From Paragordius varius (lineage: Eukaryota; Animalia; Nematomorpha), in the NCBI GenBank assembly GCA_964247055.1, contig OZ176050.1, forward strand, positions 1,612,001 through 1,676,000: a stretch of DNA of 64,000 nt. Direction: 5' to 3'. The notes below the pieces were generated by a model that was given only the letters and a program-made list of their open reading frames with translations, searched no databases and was not told the DNA's origin. The position numbers and the translations under genes were made by a program. Each line of letters begins with the position of its first letter. Positions within the stretch are counted from its first letter, which is position 1. Below are positions 1 to 12,858 of the stretch, piece after piece.

Positions 1-3000
1 CATCAAAATATAGAGATAGTTTAGCAAACTCTTTCATATCCGATTTTTACAACGATACTTTAAAAATTAATGTATAAAACTAGTCGTATCAATAAATCGC
101 ATCAATACTCAAGTTAAACTTGTCCTTAAAAATCGGATATTGGTCACCGGTGAACAAAATTATTTTTTATACATTCTCTTAGTAAGACTACATCAAAATA
201 GAGAAATAGTTTGACAAACTCTTTCATATCCGATTTTTACAACGATACTTTAAAAATTAATGTATTAAACTAGTCGCATCAATACTCAAGTTATACTTTG
301 TCCTTAAAAATCGGATATTAATCACCGGTGACCAAAATTATTTTTTATACATTCTCTTAGCAAGACTACATCAAAATATAGAGATAGTTTGACAAACTCT
401 TTCATATCCGAATTTTACAACGATACTTTAAAAATTAATGTATAAAAGTAGTCGCATCAATACTCAAGTCAAATTTTGTCCTTAAAAATGGGATATTGAT
501 CATCGGTGAACAAAACTATTTTTTATACATTCTCTTAGTAAGACTACATCAAAATATAGAGATAGTTTGATTGACAAACTCTTTCATATCCGATTTTTAC
601 AACGATACTTTAAAAATTAATGTATAAAACTAGTCGTATCAATAAATCGCATCAATACTCAAGTTAAACTTTGTCCTTAAAAATCGGATATTGGTCACCG
701 GTGAACAAAATTATTTTTTATACATTCTCTTAGTAGGACTACATCAAAATATAGAGATAGTTTAGCAAACTCTTTCATATCCGATTTTTACAACGATACT
801 TTAAAAATTAATGTATAAAACTAGTCGCATCAATACTCAAGTTAAACTTTGTCCTTAAAAATCGGATATTGGTCACCGGTGAACAAAATTATTTTTTATA
901 CATTCTCTTAGTAAGACTACATCAAAATATAGAGATAGTTTGACAAATTCATTCATATCCGATTTTTACAACGATACTTTAAAAATTGTATAAAACTAGT
1001 CGCATCGATACTCAAGTTAAACTTTGTCCTTAAAAATCGGATATTGGTCACCGGTGAACAAAATTATTTTTTATACATTCTCTTAGTAAGACTACATCAA
1101 AATATAGAAATAGTTTGACAAACTTTTTCATATCCGATTTTTACAACGATACTTTAAAAATTATGATATTAAACCAGTCGTATCAATACTCAAGTTAAAC
1201 TTTGTCCTTAAAAATCGGATATTGGTTACCGGTGAACAAAATTATTTTTTATACATTCTCTTAGTAAGACTACATCAAAATATAGAAATAGTTTGACAAA
1301 CTCTTTCATATCCGATTTTTACAACGATACTTTAAAAATTAATGTATTAAACTAGTCGCATCAATACTCAAGTTCAACTTTGTCCTTAAAAATCGGATAT
1401 TGGTCACCGGTGAACAAAATTATTTTTTATACATTCTCTTAGCAAGACTACATCAAAATATAGAGTTAGTTTGACAAACTCTTTCATATCCGATTTTTAC
1501 AACGATACTTTCAAAATTAATGTATAAAACTAGTCGTATCAATAAATCGCATCAATACTCAAGTTAAACTTTGTTCTTAAAAATCGGATATTGGTCACCG
1601 GTGAACAAAATTATTTTTTATACATTCTCTTAGTAGGACTACATCAAAATATAGAGATAGTTTGGCAAACTCTTTCATATCCGATTTTTACAACGATACT
1701 TTAAAAATTAATGTATAAAACTAGTCGCATCAATACTCAAGTTAAACTTTGTCCTTAAAAATCGGATATTGGTCACCGGTGACCAAAATTATTTTTTATA
1801 CATTCTCTTAGCAAGACTACATCAAAATATAGAGATAGTTTGATTGACAAACTCTTTCATATCCGATTTTTACAACGATACTTTAAAAATTAATGTATAA
1901 AACTAGTCGTATAAATAAATCGCATCAATACTCAAGTTAAACTTTGTCCTTAAAAATCGGATATTGGTCACCGGTGAACAAAATTATTTTTTATCCATTC
2001 TCTTAGTAGGACTACATCAAAATATAGAGATAGTTTGGCAAACTCTTTCATATCCAATTTTTACAACGATACTTTAAAAATTAATGTATAAAACTAGTCG
2101 CATCAATACTCAAGTTAAACTTTGTCGTTAAAAATCGAATATTGGTCACCGGTGAACAAAATTATTTTTTATACATTCTCTTAGTAAGACTACATTAAAA
2201 TATAGAAATAGTTTGACAAACTCTTTCATATCCGATTTTTACAACGATACTTTAAAAATTAATATATTAAACTAGTCGCATCAATACTCAAGTTAAACTT
2301 TGTCCTTAAAAATCGGATATTGGTCACCGGACAAAATTATTTTTTATACATTCTCTTAGCAAGACTACATCAAAATTTAGAGATAGTTTGACAAACTCTT
2401 TCATATCCGATTTTTACAACGATACTTTAAAAATTAATGTATAAAACTAGTCGCATCAATAATCAACTAAATTTTGTCCTTAAAAATGGGATATTAATCA
2501 CCGATGAACAAAACTTTTTTTATACATTCTCTTAGTAAGACTACATCAAAATATAGAAATAATTTGACAAACTCTTTCATATCCGATTTTTACAACGATA
2601 CTTTAAAAATTAATATATTAAACTAGTCGCATCAATACTCAAATTAAACTTTGTCCTTAAAAATCGGATATTGGTCACCGGTGAACAAAATTATTTTTTA
2701 TATATTCTCTTAGCAAGACTACATCAAAATATAGAGATAGTTTGACAAACTCTTTCATATCTGATTTTTACAACGATACTTTAAAAATTAATGTATAAAA
2801 CTAGTCGTATCAATAAATCGCATCAATACTCAAGTTAACTTTGTCCTTAAAAATCGGATATTGGTCACCGGTGAACAAAATTATTTTTTATACATACTCC
2901 TAGTAGGACTACATCAAAATATAGAGATAGTTTGGCAAACTCTTTCATATCCGATTTTTACAACGATACTTTAAAAATTAATGTATAAAAGTAGTCGCAT

Positions 3001-6000
3001 CAATACTCAAGTCAAATTTTGTCCTTAAAAATGGGATATTGATCATCGGTGAACAAAACTATTTTTTATACATTCTCTTAGCAAGACTACATCAAAATAT
3101 AGCGATAGTTTGACAAACTCTTTCATATCCGATTATTACAACGATACTTTAAATATTAATGTATAAAACTAGTCGTATCAATAAATCGCATCAATACTCA
3201 AGTTAAACTTTGTCCTTAAAAATCGGATATTGGTCACCGGTGAACAAAATTATTTTTTATACATTCTCTTAGCAAGACTACATCAAAATATAGAGATAGT
3301 TTGACAAACTCTTTCATATCCGATTTTTACAACGATACTTTAAAAATTAATGTATAAAACTAGTCGTATCAATAAATCGCATCAATACTCAAGTTAAACT
3401 TGTCCTTAAAAATCGGATATTGGTCACCGGTGAACAAAATTATTTTTTATACATTCTCTTAGTAAGACTACATCAAAATAGAGAAATAGTTTGACAAACT
3501 CTTTCATATCCGATTTTTACAACGATACTTTAAAAATTAATGTATTAAACTAGTCGCATCAATACTCAAGTTATACTTTGTCCTTAAAAATCGGATATTA
3601 GTCACCGGTGACCAAAATTATTTTTTATACATTCTCTTAGCAAGACTACATCAAAATATAGAGATAGTTTGACAAACTCTTTCATATCCGAATTTTACAA
3701 CGATACTTTAAAAATTAATGTATAAAAGTAGTCGCATCAATACTCAAGTCAAATTTTGTCCTTAAAAATGGGATATTGATCATCGGTGAACAAAACTATT
3801 TTTTATACATTCTCTTAGTAAGACTACATCAAAATATAGAGATAGTTTGATTGACAAACTCTTTCATATCCGATTTTTACAACGATACTTTAAAAATTAA
3901 TGTATAAAACTAGTCGTATCAATAAATCGCATCAATACTCAAGTTAAACTTTGTCCTTAAAAATCGGATATTGGTCACCGGTGAACAAAATTATTTTTTA
4001 TACATTCTCTTAGTAGGACTACATCAAAATATAGAGATAGTTTAGCAAACTCTTTCATATCCGATTTTTACAACGATACTTTAAAAATTAATGTATAAAA
4101 CTAGTCGCATCAATACTCAAGTTAAACTTTGTCCTTAAAAATCGGATATTGGTCACCGGTGAACAAAATTATTTTTTATACATTCTCTTAGTAAGACTAC
4201 ATCAAAATATAGAGATAGTTTGACAAATTCATTCATATCCGATTTTTACAACGATACTTTAAAAATTAATGTATAAAACTAGTCGCATCGATACTCAAGT
4301 TAAACTTTGTCCTTAAAAATCGGATATTGGTCACCGGTGAACAAAATTATTTTTTATACATTCTCTTAGTAAGACTACATCAAAATATAGAAATAGTTTG
4401 ACAAACTTTTTCATATCCGATTTTTACAACGATACTTTAAAAATTATGATATTAAACCAGTCGTATCAATACTCAAGTTAAACTTTGTCCTTAAAAATCG
4501 GATATTGGTTACCGGTGAACAAAATTATTTTTTATACATTCTCTTAGTAAGACTACATCAAAATATAGAAATAGTTTGACAAACTCTTTCATATCCGATT
4601 TTTACAACGATACTTTAAAAATTAATGTATTAAACTAGTCGCATCAATACTCAAGTTCAACTTTGTCCTTAAAAATCGGATATTGGTCACCGGTGAACAA
4701 AATTATTTTTTATACATTCTCTTAGCAAGACTACATCAAAATATAGAGTTAGTTTGACAAACTCTTTCATATCCGATTTTTACAACGATACTTTCAAAAT
4801 TAATGTTTAAAACTAGTCGTATCAATAAATCGCATCAATACTCAAGTTAAACTTTGTCCTTAAAAATCGGATATTGGTCACCGGTGAACAAAATTATTTT
4901 TTATACATTCTCTTAGTAGGACTACATCAAAATATAGAGATAGTTTGGCAAACTCTTTCATATCCGATTTTTACAACGATACTTTAAAAATTAATGTATA
5001 AAACTAGTCGCATCAATACTCAAGTTAAACTTTGTCCTTAAAAATCGGATATTGGTCACCGGTGACCAAAATTATTTTTTATACATTCTCTTAGCAAGAC
5101 TACATCAAAATATAGAGATAGTTTGATTGACAAACTCTTTCATATCCGATTTTTACAACGATACTTTAAAAATTAATGTATAAAACTAGTCGTATAAATA
5201 AATCGCATCAATACTCAAGTTAAACTTTGTCCTTAAAAATCGGATATTGGTCACCGGTGAACAAAATTATTTTTTATCCATTCTCTTAGTAGGACTACAT
5301 CAAAATATAGAGATAGTTTGGCAAACTCTTTCATATCCAATTTTTACAACGATACTTTAAAAATTAATGTATAAAACTAGTCGCATCAATACTCAAGTTA
5401 AACTTTGTCGTTAAAAATCGAATATTGGTCACCGGTGAACAAAATTATTTTTTATACATTCTCTTAGTAATACTACATTAAAATATAGAAATAGTTTGAC
5501 AAACTCTTTCATATCCGATTTTTACAACGATACTTTAAAAATTAATATATTAAACTAGTCGCATCAATACTCAAGTTAAACTTTGTCCTTAAAAATCGGA
5601 TATTGGTCACCGGTGAACAAAATTATTTTTTATACATTCTCTTAGCAAGACTACATCAAAATTTAGAGATAGTTTGACAAACTCTTTCATATCCGATTTT
5701 TACAACGATACTTTAAAAATTAATGTATAAAACTAGTCGCATCAATACTCAACTAAATTTTGTCCTTAAAAATGGGATATTAATCACCGGTGAACAAAAC
5801 TTTTTTTTATACATTCTCTTAGTAAGACTACATCAAAATATAGAAATAATTTGACAAACTCTTTCATATCCGATTTTTACAACGATACTTTAAAAATTAA
5901 TATATTAAACTAGTCGCATCAATACTCAAATTAAACTTTGTCCTTAAAAATCGGATATTGGTCACCGGTGAACAAAATTATTTTTTATATATTCTCTTAG

Positions 6001-9000
6001 CAAGACTACATCAAAATATAGAGATAGTTTGACAAACTCTTTCATATCTGATTTTTACAACGATACTTTAAAAATTAATGTATAAAACTAGTCGTATCAA
6101 TAAATCGCATCAATACTCAAGTTAACTTTGTCCTTAAAAATCGGATATTGGTCACCGGTGAACAAAATTATTTTTTATACATACTCCTAGTAGGACTACA
6201 TCAAAATATAGAGATAGTTTGGCAAACTCTTTCATATCCGATTTTTACAACGATACTTTAAAAATTAATGTATAAAAGTAGTCGCATCAATACTCAAGTC
6301 AAATTTTGTCCTTAAAAATGGGATATTGATCATCGGTGAACAAAACTATTATTTATACATTCTCTTAGTAAGACTACATCAAAATATAGAAATAGTTTGA
6401 CAAACTCTTTCATATCCGATTTTTAGAACGATACTTTAAAAATTAATGTATAAAACTAGTCGCATCAATACTCAAGTTAAACTTTGTCCTTAAAAATCGA
6501 ATATTGGTCACCGGTGAACAAAATTATTTTTTATACATTCTCCTAGTAAGACTACATCAAAATATAGAGATAGTTTGACAAACTCTATATCCGATTTTTA
6601 CAACGATACTTTAAAAAATAATGTATAAAACTAGTCGCATCAATACTCAAGTTAAATTTTGTCCTTAAAAATGGGATATTGATCACCGGTGAACAAACTA
6701 TTTTTTATACATTCTCTTAGTAAGACTACATCAAAATATAGAGATAGTTTGACAAACTCTATATCCGATTTTTACAACGATACTTTAAAAAATAATGTAT
6801 AAAACAAGTCGCATCAATACTCAAGTTAAATTTTGTCCTTAAAAATCGGATATTGGTCACCGGTGAACAAAATTATTTTTTATACATTCTCTTAGCAAGA
6901 CTACATCAAAATATAGAGATAGTTTGACAAACTCTTTCATATCCGATTTTTACAACGATACTTTAAAAATTAATCTATAAAACTAGTCGTATCAATAAAT
7001 CGCATCAATACTCAAGTTAAACTTTGTCCTTAAAAATCGGATATTGGTCACCGGTGAACAAAATTATTTTTTATACATTCTCTTAGTAGGACTACATCAA
7101 AATATAGAGATAGTTTGGCAAATTCTTTCATATCCGATTTTTACAACGATACTTTAAAAATTAATGTATAAAACTAGTCGCATCAATACTCAAGTTAAAC
7201 TTTGTCCTTAAAAATCGGATATTGGTCACCGGTGAACAAAATTATTTTTTATACATTCTCTTAGTAGGACTACATCAAAATATAGAGATAGTTTGACAAA
7301 CTCTTTCATATCCGATTATTACAACGATACTTTAAATATTAATGTATAAAACTAGTCGTATCAATAAATCGCATCAATACTCAAGTTAAACTTTGTCCTT
7401 AAAAATCGGATATTGGTCACCGGTGAACAAAATTATTTTTTATACATTCTCTTAGCAAGACTACATCAAAATATAGAGATAGTTTGACAAACTCTTTCAT
7501 ATCCGATTTTTACAACGATACTTTAAAAATTAATGTATAAAACTAGTCGTATCAATAAATCGCATCAATACTCAAGTTAAACTTGTCCTTAAAAATCGGA
7601 TATTGGTCACCGGTGAACAAAATTATTTTTTATACATTCTCTTAGTAAGACTACATCAAAATAGAGAAATAGTTTGACAAACTCTTTCATATCCGATTTT
7701 TACAACGATACTTTAAAAATTAATGTATTAAACTAGTCGCATCAATACTCAAGTTATACTTTGTCCTTAAAAATCGGATATTAGTCACCGGTGACCAAAA
7801 TTATTTTTTATACATTCTCTTAGCAAGACTACATCAAAATATAGAGATAGTTTGACAAACTCTTTCATATCCGAATTTTACAACGATACTTTAAAAATTA
7901 ATGTATAAAAGTAGTCGCATCAATACTCAAGTCAAATTTTGTCCTTAAAAATGGGATATTGATCATCGGTGAACAAAACTATTTTTTATACATTCTCTTA
8001 GTAAGACTACATCAAAATATAGAGATAGTTTGATTGACAAACTCTTTCATATCCGATTTTTACAACGATACTTTAAAAATTAATGTATAAAACTAGTCGT
8101 ATCAATAAATCGCATCAATACTCAAGTTAAACTTTGTCCTTAAAAATCGGATATTGGTCACCGGTGAACAAAATTATTTTTTATACATTCTCTTAGTAGG
8201 ACTACATCAAAATATAGAGATAGTTTAGCAAACTCTTTCATATCCGATTTTTACAACGATACTTTAAAAATTAATGTATAAAACTAGTCGCATCAATACT
8301 CAAGTTAAACTTTGTCCTTAAAAATCGGATATTGGTCACCGGTGAACAAAATTATTTTTTATACATTCTCTTAGTAAGACTACATCAAAATATAGAGATA
8401 GTTTGACAAATTCATTCATATCCGATTTTTACAACGATACTTTAAAAATTAATGTATAAAACTAGTCGCATCGATACTCAAGTTAAACTTTGTCCTTAAA
8501 AATCGGATATTGGTCACCGGTGAACAAAATTATTTTTTATACATTCTCTTAGTAAGACTACATCAAAATATAGAAATAGTTTGACAAACTTTTTCATATC
8601 CGATTTTTACAACGATACTTTAAAAATTATGATATTAAACCAGTCGTATCAATACTCAAGTTAAACTTTGTCCTTAATTGGTTACCGGTGAACAAAATTA
8701 TTTTTTATACATTCTCTTAGTAAGACTACATCAAAATATAGAAATAGTTTGACAAACTCTTTCATATCCGATTTTTACAACGATACTTTAAAAATTAATG
8801 TATTAAACTAGTCGCATCAAAACTCAAGTTCAACTTTGTCCTTAAAAATCGGATATTGGTCACCGGTGAACAAAATTATTTTTTATACATTCTCTTAGCA
8901 AGACTACATCAAAATATAGAGTTAGTTTGACAAACTCTTTCATATCCGATTTTTACAACGATACTTTCAAAATTAATGTATAAAACTAGTCGTATCAATA

Positions 9001-10181
9001 AATCGCATCAATACTCAAGTTAAACTTTGTCCTTAAAAATCGGATATTGGTCACCGGTGAACAAAATTATTTTTTATACATTCTCTTAGTAGGACTACAT
9101 CAAAATATAGAGATAGTTTGGCAAACTCTTTCATATTCGATTTTTACAACGATACTTCAAAAATTAATGTATAAAACTAGTCGCATCAATACTCAAGTTA
9201 AACTTTGTCCTTAAAAATCGGATATTGGTCACCGGTGACCAAAATTATTTTTTATACATTCTCTTAGCAAGACTACATCAAAATATAGAGATAGTTTGAT
9301 TGACAAACTCTTTCATATCCGATTTTTACAACGATACTTTAAAAATTAATGTATAAAACTAGTCGTATAAATAAATCGCATCCATACTCAAGTTAAACTT
9401 TGTCCTTAAAAATCGGATATTGGTCACCGGTGAACAAAATTATTTTTTATCCATTCTCTTAGTAGGACTACATCAAAATATAGAGATAGTTTGGCAAACT
9501 CTTTCATATCCAATTTTTACAACGATACTTTAAAAATTAATGTATAAAACTAGTCGCATCAATACTCAAGTTAAACTTTGTCGTTAAAAATCGAATATTG
9601 GTCACCGGTGAACAAAATTATTTTTTATACATTCTCTTAGTAAGACTACATTAAAATATAGAAATAGTTTTACAAACTCTTTCATATCCGATTTTTACAA
9701 CGATACTTTAAAAATTAATATTTTAAACTAGTCGCATCAATACTCAAGTTAAACTTTGTCCTTAAAAATCGGATATTGGTCACCGGTGAACAAAATTATT
9801 TTTTATACATTCTCTTAGCAAGACTACATCAAAATTTAGAGATAGTTTGACAAACTCTTTCATATCCGATTTTTACAACGATACTTTAAAAATTAATGTA
9901 TAAAACTAGTCGCATCAATACTCAACTAAATTTTGTCCTTAAAAATGGGATATTAATCACCGGTGAACAAAACTTTTTTTTATACATTCTCTTAGTAAGA
10001 CTACATCAAAATATAGAGATAGTTTGACAAACTCTTTCATATCTGATTTTTACAACGATACTTTAAAAATTAATATATTAAACTAGTCGCATCAATATTC
10101 AAATTAAACTTTGTCCTTAAAAATCGGATATTGGTCACCGGTGAACAAAATTATTTTTTATATATTCTCTTAGCAAGACTA
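1..10181. repeat. HOR domain A: 18-monomer, 3280-bp higher-order repeat, about 2.8 copies (1-3280; 3281-7463 with 5 extra monomers; 7464-10181 partial)
   Basis: The marker CATCAAAATAGAGAAATAG occurs at 191, 3471 and 7654. The same ordered variants follow each copy: CCGAATTTT/ATGGGA, TTTGATTGAC, CAAATTCATTC, GGTTACC, GAGTTAG, TATCCATTC, ATCCAATTT. Confidence 0.93.
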
Positions 10182-12858
10182 CATCAAAATATAGAGATAG
10201 TTTGGCAAACTCTTTCATATCCAATTTTTACAACGATACTTTAAAAATTAATGTATAAAACTAGTCGCATCAATACTCAAGTTAAACTTTGTCGTTAAAA
10301 ATCGAATATTGGTCACCGGTGAACAAAATTATTTTTTATACATTCTCTTAGTAAGACTACATTAAAATATAGAAATAGTTTTACAAACTCTTTCATATCC
10401 GATTTTTACAACGATACTTTAAAAATTAATATATTAAACTAGTCGCATCAATACTCAAGTTAAACTTTGTCCTTAAAAATCGGATATTGGTCACCGGTGA
10501 ACAAAATTATTTTTTATACATTCTCTTAGCAAGACTACATCAAAATTTAGAGATAGTTTGACAAACTCTTTCATATCCGATTTTTACAACGATACTTTAA
10601 AAATTAATGTATAAAACTAGTCGCATCAATACTCAAGTTAAACTTTGTCCTTAAAAATCGGATATTGGTCACCGGTGAACAAAATTATTTTTTATACATT
10701 CTCTTAGCAAGACTACATCAAAATTTAGAGATAATTTGACAAACTCTTTCATATCCGATTTTTACAACGATACTTTAAAAATTAATGTATAAAACTAGTC
10801 GCATCAATACTCAAGTTAAACTTTGTCCTTAAAAATCGAATATTGGTCACCGGTGAACAAAATTATTTTTTATACATTCTCTTAGTAAGACTACATCAAA
10901 ATATAGAGATAGTTTGACAAACTCTATATCCGATTTTTACAACGATACTTTAAAAAATAATGTATAAAACTAGTCGCATCAATACTCAAGTTAAATTTTG
11001 TCCTTAAAAATGGGATATTGATCACCGGTGAACAAACTATTTTTTATACATTCTCTTAGTAAGACTACATCAAAATATAGAGATAGTTTGACAAACTCTA
11101 TATCCGATTTTTACAACGATACTTTAAAAAATAATGTATAAAACTAGTCGCATCAATACTCAAGTTAAATTTTGTCCTTAAAAATGGGATATTGATCACC
11201 GGTGAACAAACTATTTTTTATACATTCTCTTAGTAAGACTACATCAAAATATAGAGATAGTTTGACAAACTCTATATCCGATTTTTACAACGATACTTTA
11301 AAAATTAATGTATTAAAATAGTCGCATCAATACTCAAGTTAAACTTTGTCCTTAAAAATCGGATATTGGTCACCGGTGAACAAAATTATTTTTTATACAT
11401 TCTCTTATTAAGACTACATCAAAATATAGAAATAGTTTGACAAACTCTTTCATATCCGACTTTTACAACGATACTTTAAAAATTAATGTATTAAACTAGT
11501 CGCATCAATACTCAAGTTCAACTTTGTCCTTAAAAATCGGATATTGGTCACCGGTGAACAAAATTATTGTTTATACATTCTCTTAGTATGACTACATCAA
11601 AATATAGAGATAGTTTGGCAAACTCTTTCATATCCGATTTTTACAACGATACTTTAAAAATTAATGTATAAAACTAGTCGCATCAATACTCAAGTTAAAC
11701 TTTGTCCTTAAAAATCGGATATTGGTCACCTGTGAACAAAATTATTTTTTATACATTCTCTTAGCAAGACTACATCAAAATTTAGAGATAGTTTGACAAA
11801 CTCTTTCATATCCGTTTTTACAACGATACTTTAAAAATTAATGTATAAAACTAGTCGCATCAATACTCAAGTTAAATTTTGTCCTTAAAAATGGGATATT
11901 AATCACCGGTGAACAAAACTATTTTTTATACATTCTCTTAGTAAGACTACATCAAAATATAGAGATAGTTTGACAAACTCTTTTATATCCGATTTTTACA
12001 ACGATACTTTAAAAATTAATGTATTAAAATAGTCGCATCAATACTCAAGTTAAACTTTGTCCTTAAAAATCGGATATTGGTCACCGGTGAACAAAATTAT
12101 TTTTTATACATTCTCTTAGCAAGACTACATCAAAATATAGAGATAGTTTGACAAACTCTTTCATATCCGATTTTTACAACGATACTTTAAAATTTAATGT
12201 ATTAAAATAGTCGCATCAATACTCAAGTTAAACTTTGTCCTTAAAAATCGGATATTGGTCACCGGTGAACAAAATTATTTTTTATACATTCTCTTAGCAA
12301 GACTACATCAAAATATAGAGATAGTTTGATTGACAAAATCTTTCATATCCGATTTTTACAACGATACTTTAAATGTATAAAACTAGTCGTATAAATAAAT
12401 CGCATCAATACTCAAGTTAAACTTTGTCCCCAAAAAATCGGATATTGGTCACCGGTGAACAAAATTATTTTTTATACATTCTCTTAGTAAGACTACATCA
12501 AAATATAGAAATAGTTTGACAAACTCTTTCATATCCGATTTTTACAACGATACTTTAAAAATTAATGTATTAAAAGAGTCGCATCAATACTCAAGTTAAA
12601 CTTTGTCCTTAAAAATCGGATATTGGTCACCGGTGAACAAAATTATTTTGTATACATTCTCTTAGCAAGACTACATCAAAATATAGAGATAGTTTGATTG
12701 ACAAACTCTTTCATATCCGATTTTTACAACGATACTTTAAATGTATAAAACTAGTCGTATAAATAAATCGCATCAATAAAGTTAGATTTGTTCTTAAAAA
12801 TCGGATATTGGTCATCGGTGAACAAAATTATTTTTTATACATTCTCTTAGTAGGACTA

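Noticed and set aside
21-50. Bacterial sigma70 promoter from the TTGACA in each monomer
   Set aside because: The hexamer at 17-bp spacing is TTTTTA rather than TATAAT. TTGACA is simply the centre of the dyad, and the context is a satellite.
2015-2192. Compensatory covariation between the 14-bp IR arms
   Set aside because: Monomers mutated in both arms (G42A with G124A here; T44A with C122G at 369-546) change non-paired positions, so there is no evidence of selection on pairing.
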